Source: Nevskia sp.
GTDB taxonomy: Bacteria; Pseudomonadota; Gammaproteobacteria; Nevskiales; Nevskiaceae
Direction of reading: 5' to 3'
DNA: 32,000 nt
NCBI GenBank assembly: GCA_021732745.1
Contig: JAKFUK010000001.1
Span: 42,931 to 74,930 of the forward strand
Shown: positions 8,691 to 15,285 of the stretch, piece by piece
Layout: every line of letters starts with the position of its first letter
How positions within the stretch are numbered: position 1 is the stretch's first letter
Translations under genes and position numbers: made by a program
The notes under the pieces: model-generated
The model's input: only the letters and a program-made list of their open reading frames with translations
What the model was told of the DNA's origin: nothing
Database searches by the model: none

Positions 8691-9262
8691 ATCTGGCGCT
8701 GTCGCTTCATTCCCGAATAGCGGTACATCCCCAGGCCCAGCACGACGACGCCGAGAAGCAGCAGGTAGAACCCGTAGCGCTTCGGCGGGATGCCGACACT
8801 GAACGGAAAGCGCGAAACGTATTGCCCCTGGGCTCCCGCCGTCACCAGGCCCACGAATTTCCCCGGCGTGGTGAAGCTGTATTCGAGCGGCACGCTGCCC
8901 GACACGTAGATCTTCGGCGGCAGGTGCACCACGGTGACCGCATCCAGCTGGCTCTCGTCGCCGGTGTCGCGGATGATCCTCACCTCGATCGGAATTTCCC
9001 GCAGCTCCGGTTCGATCGCGTCCATCACCACGATGGTGTTGCCGACCTTGGGAATGTCCTCGCAGAACTCGCGATTGCCGTTGATCTCCGGCTGGTAGCC
9101 GGTGAAGTGCATGTTGAACGGTCCCAGCCGCAGCTTGCACATGTCGTCGTCGACCGACAGCCCGCCGTGCGCTCCTGCCCCTTGACTCAGCGTGAGTCCC
9201 AGCACGGCGCTACACGTGATGAGCGTGGAGCGCCGCCAGCTGCAACCAGTCCGATTGTGCAT
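8675..9262 (-). CDS. Secreted, C-terminally membrane-anchored hypothetical protein downstream of pmoB. Candidate PmoD/AmoD-like copper accessory protein by position and architecture only.
   Basis: 195 aa. Signal peptide MHNRTGCSWRRSTLITCSAVLGLTLSQGAGA|HGG. Soluble domain of about 130 aa containing DDDMCKLRLGPFNMHFTGYQPE and EFCEDIP. C-terminal TM helix FYLLLLGVVVLGLGMY. It starts 14 nt after the pmoB stop on the same strand. Confidence 0.5.
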   Translation of the reverse strand: MHNRTGCSWRRSTLITCSAVLGLTLSQGAGAHGGLSVDDDMCKLRLGPFNMHFTGYQPEINGNREFCEDIPKVGNTIVVMDAIEPELREIPIEVRIIRDTGDESQLDAVTVVHLPPKIYVSGSVPLEYSFTTPGKFVGLVTAGAQGQYVSRFPFSVGIPPKRYGFYLLLLGVVVLGLGMYRYSGMKRQRQMAGQT

Positions 9263-9276
9263 TTCGCAAGCGCTCT

Positions 9277-10563
9277 TCAGTGAGACTGCGCGAGCTGCAA
9301 CTGCGTGAAGACAGGAACGATCGGGCCGAACACTTCCGCCATGTGCCTCTGACCTTTCGCGTCGAAGAAGAACAGCATGCCGCCGACGCGGCTGTCCACA
9401 TTGGTCAGGAAACTCACCAGCCGCTCGATCTCCCAGGCCGCATCGGTAGCCTCGATGCGCAGCGTCCGCTTCTCGCCGGGGGCGATCGGCGAGCTGTCAC
9501 TGAGCTTGAGACTGGAACCCGCAACCAGGTCTTTCGGGAACGAAGGGTCCACCCCGGCGACGGCAACGTCGAGCGACTTGTCCAGAAAGCGCAGATTGGC
9601 CGTGGTGAATTCCCCCAGCCGCATCGGCGATTCGGACTGGTTGGTGATCTCCACGTCGAGCCGCAGGCTGCGGCCCGGAACATCGTAGGTGGCATCCTTC
9701 ATCTCGACCGCCACCAGGGACGGCACCTGCGGCAGCGGCTTGGTCTTGAACGAACCCGCCTGCAGCGGCACCACGTATTCGTATTTTTGCGTGGTGTATC
9801 GATAACCGCCGATCACCACCACCAGCACCAGCACCAGCAGCCCGGCGGCGACACGATCATCGGTGCGCGTGATCAGCAGGTCCTCGCGTCCCTTCCGGAT
9901 GGCATTCCAGCGCGGCACGATCAGCGGCCGGCGGATCCACCAGACGATCCAGGCCACGGCGAGCAGGGCATAACCTGCCTGCCACCACTGCACGCGCGCG
10001 ACGCCGTAGTGCTGGAGGTCGTCGATCACCTCGCCGGTCATGGTCGTGACCGGCAGCTTGTAGTCCGCCGCGCTGCCGGTGACTTCGACCCAGTGACCGG
10101 GCCCGACGATGGGACCGGCACCGTGGACGTTGAGCACCGGATGGAGGTGCCAGCGGCCGGGAACACGGCCGGCCATCACCATCTTGAAGGGATAGTCGCG
10201 GCCGATTTCCAGTTGACGCACCGACTGCTGCGCCGGCATGTCGTTGATGTACGACTCCACGCGCGTCATCACCGCGCCGGGTGAGGCGTTGGACAGAAAG
10301 GCAAGCTCCGGCTTGGACGCGGCATCAGGCCAGTCCGTGAACAGATGGAATTTGCCCTCCACTGTCACCTTGTCGTTGACGCCGATCTTTTCGCTGGACC
10401 AGGTCACGTCATACCAGTGCACGGTGCGCGTGCGGATGTAAGGCTCGGTGGCACGCTCGCCGTGGGCGGCTGCGGGCAACGAAACCAGCGTGGTCGCAGC
10501 CGTCATTGCAGCGAGCAGGATCGACAGGCCAAAGCGCCGAAGCGACATGCGGTGCAGGCTCAT
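9277..10563 (-). CDS. pmoB: Copper membrane monooxygenase subunit B (PmoB/AmoB family)
   Basis: 428 aa counted from MSLHRMSLRRFGLSILL. The signal peptide ends AAA|HGERATEPYIRTRTVHWYDV. HxH pair in GRWHLHPVLNVHGAGPIVGPG. Two central TM helices (WWQAGYALLAVAWIVWWI and AAGLLVLVLVVVIGGY) and a C-terminal soluble domain. The ATG overlaps the pmoA stop (ATGA at 10563-10560). Confidence 0.9.
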   Translation of the reverse strand: MSLHRMSLRRFGLSILLAAMTAATTLVSLPAAAHGERATEPYIRTRTVHWYDVTWSSEKIGVNDKVTVEGKFHLFTDWPDAASKPELAFLSNASPGAVMTRVESYINDMPAQQSVRQLEIGRDYPFKMVMAGRVPGRWHLHPVLNVHGAGPIVGPGHWVEVTGSAADYKLPVTTMTGEVIDDLQHYGVARVQWWQAGYALLAVAWIVWWIRRPLIVPRWNAIRKGREDLLITRTDDRVAAGLLVLVLVVVIGGYRYTTQKYEYVVPLQAGSFKTKPLPQVPSLVAVEMKDATYDVPGRSLRLDVEITNQSESPMRLGEFTTANLRFLDKSLDVAVAGVDPSFPKDLVAGSSLKLSDSSPIAPGEKRTLRIEATDAAWEIERLVSFLTNVDSRVGGMLFFFDAKGQRHMAEVFGPIVPVFTQLQLAQSH

Positions 10564-11402
10564 GATGCCGCTCCCGGCTGCGCGGCCGCGGCACCGACCG
10601 CTTTCCCCGCAGCCTTCCCCTTGTTGCCGTAGATCAACTTGAAGCGCTCGCCGACCGGGAAAAACCTTGCGTTGCAGGCGAGCACGCCGAGGCCCCAGAA
10701 CATGTAGTACAGGAAGATGCACACGAACGCGGAGAAGAACGCCGAAACCCAGGTCGGCGTGTCGCCGAAGGTGCGCAGGGTGCCGCGTTCGATGATGCGG
10801 ATGTACTCCGGCGTGCCGGCACGCGGGAAGGTGTAGCCGATCAGGTCAGCGACCGAGGTCATGTCGCCCATGTTCATCACCGGCTGAAAATAGCCGGCCA
10901 TGTAGATCCAGTTGGCTGGATAGAACAGCAGGCCGTACAGCACCGCGCCGAACATGCCGGTCACCAGCCAGCTCCGCGACAGCACCAGGATGGCGTCTAG
11001 CACCAGCGCGCCCATCAGGCAGGTTCCAGGCACGACCAGACTCAAGGGAAAATAGGCCAGTCCCTGCCAGCTGTGGTAGCGCACGATCCAGGTGCCGAGC
11101 AGCAGCAGTAGCAGGCTCGCGGTGGCGCCGACCGGAAGACGAAACAGGTTCCAGAAAATGGCCTGGAACGAAGCGGCCATGATGATGGTGGTGATCGGGA
11201 TGATCAGGATCCAGTACTGGCGATCCTTCCAGTCGATGAAGAAATCCCAGTCGCCACCCAGCAGCAGGAAGCTGATGTGCGACACCGACCAGACCAGGAA
11301 GGCGGCTACAACGATGATGAGCACGTCCAGCGTGCGCGACCAGGGGATCGCCCGGGACGACAACTCGGATACTTTCAGAATCGCACGATCATTTTCAGTC
11401 AT
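10560..11402 (-). CDS. pmoA: Copper membrane monooxygenase subunit A (PmoA/AmoA family)
   Basis: 280 aa counted from MTENDRAILKV, with a GAGGAGG Shine-Dalgarno sequence (SD) 7 nt upstream. Hallmarks LLGGDWDFFIDWKDRQYW, WQGLAYFPLSLVVPG and GTPEYIRIIERGTLRTFGDTPTWVSAFFSAF. There is an extra Gly/Ala/Lys-rich C-terminal tail. Confidence 0.9.
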   Translation of the reverse strand: MTENDRAILKVSELSSRAIPWSRTLDVLIIVVAAFLVWSVSHISFLLLGGDWDFFIDWKDRQYWILIIPITTIIMAASFQAIFWNLFRLPVGATASLLLLLLGTWIVRYHSWQGLAYFPLSLVVPGTCLMGALVLDAILVLSRSWLVTGMFGAVLYGLLFYPANWIYMAGYFQPVMNMGDMTSVADLIGYTFPRAGTPEYIRIIERGTLRTFGDTPTWVSAFFSAFVCIFLYYMFWGLGVLACNARFFPVGERFKLIYGNKGKAAGKAVGAAAAQPGAAS

Positions 11403-11542
11403 TTGTCCCCTCCTCGGATTCATCTGCGTCTATCCATGGCGATGCCGACCGGCGCGCGGGACTCGCGACACCGTAATCGGCACCGTCATGGACGACAGCG
11501 TTTTGTTTTTCGGTATCGCGACCCGCGATGCGAAGTGGCGAC

Positions 11543-12337
11543 TCAGGCCGGATTTGCGTTGTCTGCCGTACCGCCGACTTCCTTGAACAGCTCCGCCATG
11601 CGGCCGATCACCTGGATGAACAGGCCACCCAGGGCGAGACCGGTCCAGCCCAGGATCGGAAAGCCCCAGTGCAGGGGATGGCTGAAGATTTCCTCGGTCA
11701 TCCAGAACGCGTGACCCCACTCGTTGAAGCCGAGGTTGGGCAGAATCAGACCTGGGCCGAGCACCGCCATGATCAGCGGCAGCGAGTAGCCACGAGCGAA
11801 CGCCGGGATGCGCGTGGTGGCATACAGCAGGCTGCTCACGCCGAACACGATGTACATCGGCACGCAGGCGTAGAACACCACGATGTGACTGGGTGTGAGC
11901 GCGGTATCGCGGATCACCGTCTGGTGCCAGGTGGCATCACCTTCGCCAAAGAAGCTGGCGATCCACAGGAACGAAAACGTGTACATCATGAACCAGGCGA
12001 TGAGGCCGAAATACCGCTTCAGCTCCGTCTCGCCGCTCATGCTGTCCATGTCGCGGTCGCGGGTGAACCACAGGTACATCCAGACGCACAGGCCGCTGCC
12101 GAAGATCAGCGGCACCTCGACCTTGAACAGTGTCATCCAGTACGTTGCAAATTCCGGCGACGTGGCGTCGAGTCCGTACTCGAACGAAAACGCACCCTGG
12201 TAAAGGCGAAGACCGGCGTATACCGCCAGCAACAGGCCCCAGCCAATGGCAACTGGCCCGAGGCTGAACATCTTGCGCTCCTTGGGAACACTGGAAGCCC
12301 GTGCGGACGGGATCGACGACGCCACTTGGATCGACAT
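11543..12337 (-). CDS. pmoC: Copper membrane monooxygenase subunit C (PmoC/AmoC family)
   Basis: 264 aa counted from MSIQVASSIP, with an AGGAGA SD 7 nt upstream. Hallmarks SPEFATYWM, GEGDATWHQTVIRDTALTPSHIV and PNLGFNEWGHAFWMTEEIFSHPLHWGF. Confidence 0.9.
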   Translation of the reverse strand: MSIQVASSIPSARASSVPKERKMFSLGPVAIGWGLLLAVYAGLRLYQGAFSFEYGLDATSPEFATYWMTLFKVEVPLIFGSGLCVWMYLWFTRDRDMDSMSGETELKRYFGLIAWFMMYTFSFLWIASFFGEGDATWHQTVIRDTALTPSHIVVFYACVPMYIVFGVSSLLYATTRIPAFARGYSLPLIMAVLGPGLILPNLGFNEWGHAFWMTEEIFSHPLHWGFPILGWTGLALGGLFIQVIGRMAELFKEVGGTADNANPA

Positions 12338-12570
12338 GCTTTGTCTCCTGATCAGCGGGGGGAAATCTGGCAGAAACCGGCCGGGTGCAAGGCGCAGCCT
12401 TTGGGAGCCGGGCGCAGGTCTTGTTGACGGCAAAGGCTAGTCGGGGCCGCAGTGACGCCGCGCGCGATGCTCTCCCGCGAATGGACCGACCGATGGATCG
12501 ATTCCGTCATTTTTTTGCTCCTCGCCGCGAGCCCCGTAAACGGGGTCTGTCGAGCTGACTAGAATCCATA

Positions 12571-12586
12571 TTGATAGTTTTGTCAA
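12571..12586. promoter_or_regulatory. Imperfect palindrome TTGATAGTTTTGTCAA in the AT-rich pmoC/tetR divergent intergenic region; candidate operator or promoter core
   Basis: TTGA-N8-TCAA symmetry. The minus-strand reading gives TTGACA at 12586-12581. It lies inside the only AT-rich island (about 12555-12610) between the divergent genes. Confidence 0.3.
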
Positions 12587-12729
12587 CAGAACGCTGACGA
12601 ATGACATTCGGCCGTGCAGCAGTCCCGTTATCAGCCTGCTGGGACCGAATACCCGCCGCGCGCCGCCGCAGCCCGGACAGATCGCCGCGGGACGGGGGCG
12701 CCGGCTCGCGCACTGCTATCGTGTACCCG

Positions 12730-13350
12730 ATGAAGAATCCCAAGTCGTCAGGACGACCCGCCGTCAGACCGCCACGCAGGCGCATGCACCGCGAGGCGCG
12801 TACACGCCAGTTGCTCGACTGCGCCATCACGGCGTTCGCCGAGCGCGGCACCGCTCGGGCCGGTCACGCCGATGTTGCGCGCCTCGCCCCGGTATCGGTC
12901 GCCACGGTCTTCGAATACTTCCCCACCCGCGAACTCCTGCTCGACGCGGTGCTCAGGGACATCGAGCAATTCCTGTATGCGGTGGTGGCGCTCGGGACCA
13001 CCGCCGCCGATACACGCGGCCGCGTGCTGGAAATCTTCCATGCGTTCCAAGGCTGCGTAGACGATCAGCCCCAGCACATGCGGGTCTGGCTGGATTGGAG
13101 CACGTCGATCCGCGAGGACGTCTGGCCGCATTACGTGGAGGTGCAGGAGCGCATCATCGGCATGTTCGAGCAGATGATCGAAGCCGGCCGCGCTGCGGGC
13201 TCGATCAGTTCCGCGGTCATCGCCGGCGACGCCGCGCGCATCCTGGTGGGCCAGGCGCACATGATCGTGATGATGCGATTCGCTCACGTCGATCAGGCGA
13301 CCGTGGTCCGGTTCATCGATCACATGATCGACAGCGCCCTTCCCCGCTGA
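12730..13350 (+). CDS. TetR/AcrR family transcriptional regulator
   Basis: 206 aa counted from MKNPKSSGRP. N-terminal HTH region RTRQLLDCAITAFAERGTARAGHADVARLAPVSVATVFEYFPTRELLLDAVL. Divergent from pmoCAB. The start codon is uncertain because there is no clear SD. Confidence 0.8.
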   Translation: MKNPKSSGRPAVRPPRRRMHREARTRQLLDCAITAFAERGTARAGHADVARLAPVSVATVFEYFPTRELLLDAVLRDIEQFLYAVVALGTTAADTRGRVLEIFHAFQGCVDDQPQHMRVWLDWSTSIREDVWPHYVEVQERIIGMFEQMIEAGRAAGSISSAVIAGDAARILVGQAHMIVMMRFAHVDQATVVRFIDHMIDSALPR

Positions 13351-13403
13351 CCGCTGCCGTTCCCGAGACACTACCGGCCCGCCCCGGCCCCCGGCCAAGG
13401 ATC

Positions 13404-14582
13404 TCAGCCTGCAAACGCGGCGATTCCGGTCTGCGCCCGCCCGAGGATCAGCGCGTGCACGTCGTGCGTGCCTTCGTAGGTGTTGACGGCTTCCAGGTTC
13501 AGCACGTGGCGGATGACGTGGTACTCGTCTGAGATGCCGTTGCCGCCGTGCATGTCACGCGCAACGCGCGCGATGTCCAGGGCCTTGCCGCAGTTGTTGC
13601 GCTTGATGAGCGAGATCATTTCCGGCGCGGCCTGGCCCTCGTCCATCAGGCGTCCCACTCTCAGTGCGGCGTGCAGGCCCAGCGCGATCTCGGTCTGCAT
13701 GTCGGCGAGCTTCTTCTGGATGAGCTGGTTGGCCGCCAGCGGCCGACCGAACTGCTTGCGCCCCAGGGTGTAGTCGCGCGCGCCCCGCCAGCAGAACTCC
13801 GCCGCGCCCATCGCTCCCCAGGCAATACCGTAGCGCGCCTTGTTGAGGCAGCCGAAAGGCCCCTTGAGTCCGCGCACCTCGGGCAGCAGGTTTTCCTGCG
13901 GGACGAACACCGAGTCCATCACGATCTCGCCGGTGATCGAGGCGCGCAGGCTGAACTTGCCCTCGATCTTGGGCGCCGACAGACCCTTCATCCCCTTTTC
14001 GAGCACGAACCCGCGAATATGCCCGGCGTCGTCCTTGGCCCAGACCACAAACACGTCGGCAATCGGCGAGTTGGTGATCCACATCTTCGCGCCGCTCAGG
14101 AGATAGCCACCGTCGGTGGCGCGAGCGCGCGTGAGCATGCTGCCGGGATCGGAACCGTGATCAGGCTCGGTCAGGCCGAAGCAACCCACCCATTCGCCGC
14201 CGGCGAGTTTCGGCAGGTACTTCTGCTTCTGCGCCTCGGTGCCGTAAGCGTAGATCGGATACATCACGAGCGAGGACTGCACGCTCATGGCCGAGCGATA
14301 GCCGGAATCCACGCGCTCCACCTCGCGCGCAATCAGGCCATAGGCGACGTGACTCACGCCCGGACAGCCGTAGCCGTGGAGAGACGCGCCCAGCAGGCCC
14401 AGCGCGCCCATCTCGGTCATGATCTCGCGGTCGAAACGCTCATGCCGGTGCGCGTCACGCACGCGCGGCAGCAGACGTTCCTGGCAGTAGTTGCGTGTGG
14501 CCTCGCGCACCAGGCGCTCCTCGTCACTGAGCTGGGCTTCCAGCAGCAGCGGGTCTTCCCATTGAAAACTGGCGTGGCTCAT
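13404..14582 (-). CDS. gcdH: Glutaryl-CoA dehydrogenase
   Basis: 392 aa. [21 protein letters not shown] at the N-terminus, [32 protein letters not shown], and the catalytic Glu in [16 protein letters not shown]. Confidence 0.9.
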   Translation of the reverse strand: MSHASFQWEDPLLLEAQLSDEERLVREATRNYCQERLLPRVRDAHRHERFDREIMTEMGALGLLGASLHGYGCPGVSHVAYGLIAREVERVDSGYRSAMSVQSSLVMYPIYAYGTEAQKQKYLPKLAGGEWVGCFGLTEPDHGSDPGSMLTRARATDGGYLLSGAKMWITNSPIADVFVVWAKDDAGHIRGFVLEKGMKGLSAPKIEGKFSLRASITGEIVMDSVFVPQENLLPEVRGLKGPFGCLNKARYGIAWGAMGAAEFCWRGARDYTLGRKQFGRPLAANQLIQKKLADMQTEIALGLHAALRVGRLMDEGQAAPEMISLIKRNNCGKALDIARVARDMHGGNGISDEYHVIRHVLNLEAVNTYEGTHDVHALILGRAQTGIAAFAG

Positions 14583-14639
14583 CTGAGATTCGCGTTCCTG
14601 AATGTGATGGTTTGGAAAGTGAAAGATTCAGCCCGTCGC

Positions 14640-15128
14640 CTAGGGACGGGCCACCTGCGGCTTCTTGCCCCGGCGATAGACCAGCAGCGTGCGGCGAAAC
14701 GAAATCACCAGCACGCCGTTCTGGTTGTGACCCTCGGTGCGCACCGTGACCACGCCGACGTCCGGCCGCGAGCGTGACTCGCGCGTCTCCAGCACCTCGG
14801 AGCGCGAGTAGAGCGTGTCACCCTCGAATACCGGGTTCGGCAGCCGCACCTCGTCCCAGCCCAGGTTCGCGAACACGTTCTGTGAAACGTCGGTGACGCT
14901 CTGGCCGGTGACGAGCGCCAGCGTCAGACAGGAATTGATCAGCGGGCGCCTGAACTCGGTCTGCGCGGCGTAGTGCTGGTCGAAGTGCAGCGGCGCGGTG
15001 TTCTGCGTCATCAGCGTGAACGAGATGTTGTCGTTCTGCGTCAGCGTGCGGCCCAGCGGATGGGGGTAGACATCGCCCACCTCGAAATCCTCGAAAAAGC
15101 GTCCTTCCCAGCCGGTCTTGACCGCCAT
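14640..15128 (-). CDS. MaoC-like (R)-specific enoyl-CoA hydratase/dehydratase
   Basis: 162 aa, single hot-dog domain. FEDFEVGDVYPHPLGRTLTQNDNISFTLMTQNTAPLHFD...GDTLYSRSEVLETRESRSRPDVGVVTVRTEGHNQNG. Upstream of gcdH on the same strand. Confidence 0.8.
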   Translation of the reverse strand: MAVKTGWEGRFFEDFEVGDVYPHPLGRTLTQNDNISFTLMTQNTAPLHFDQHYAAQTEFRRPLINSCLTLALVTGQSVTDVSQNVFANLGWDEVRLPNPVFEGDTLYSRSEVLETRESRSRPDVGVVTVRTEGHNQNGVLVISFRRTLLVYRRGKKPQVARP

Positions 15129-15198
15129 GCTCGCTGATCCTGTGTTCGTTCATGTATGAGCCGGACGCCCGCCCATTTGAGCCCCGGCGAGCGACCAG

Positions 15199-15240
15199 AT
15201 TGATTAGACTGATTACCTACTAATTCTAACAATTGTTTGG
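15199..15240. promoter_or_regulatory. AT-rich divergent promoter region carrying TTAGACTGA and the near-palindrome TCTAACAATTGTTTG; both are repeated at 18166-18189
   Basis: attgattagactgattacctactaattctaacaattgtttgg. AACAATTGTT (15228-15237) is a perfect 10-bp palindrome. The region lies between the MaoC-gcdH operon (minus) and the DUF445-WS/DGAT operon (plus). Confidence 0.4.
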
Positions 15241-15285
15241 CCTTGCTGGCGGCATCCCGGCCGCCTGGCCAGATCGGGGGAGAGC

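Noticed and set aside
11515-11529. Hairpin ATCGCG-acc-CGCGAT in the pmoC-pmoA spacer as an internal terminator.
   Set aside because: The stem is short. On the transcribed (minus) strand it is followed by an A-rich tract, not a U-rich one. At most it is a processing or stability element, and I have no evidence for that.
8675-12337. Reading pmoCAB as evidence that the organism is a methanotroph or ammonia oxidiser.
   Set aside because: There are no methanol/formaldehyde oxidation, hydroxylamine oxidoreductase or C1 assimilation genes in the window. The context is multi-carbon acyl-CoA and alkane metabolism. The substrate cannot be deduced from these motifs.
12386-12399. Sigma-54-like GG...GC element (minus strand GGCTGCGCCTTGCA) about 50 nt upstream of pmoC.
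   Set aside because: By my count the GG-to-GC spacing is one base short of the TGGCAC-N5-TTGC consensus. The flanking bases do not match, and no enhancer-binding protein gene is nearby.
12507-12851. 114-aa minus-strand ORF spanning the pmoC/tetR intergenic region and the tetR 5' end.
   Set aside because: It overlaps the tetR coding start on the opposite strand and covers the AT-rich promoter island. It has no motif support and is likely spurious. Its only notable feature is that its TGA overlaps the ATG of the small leader ORF.
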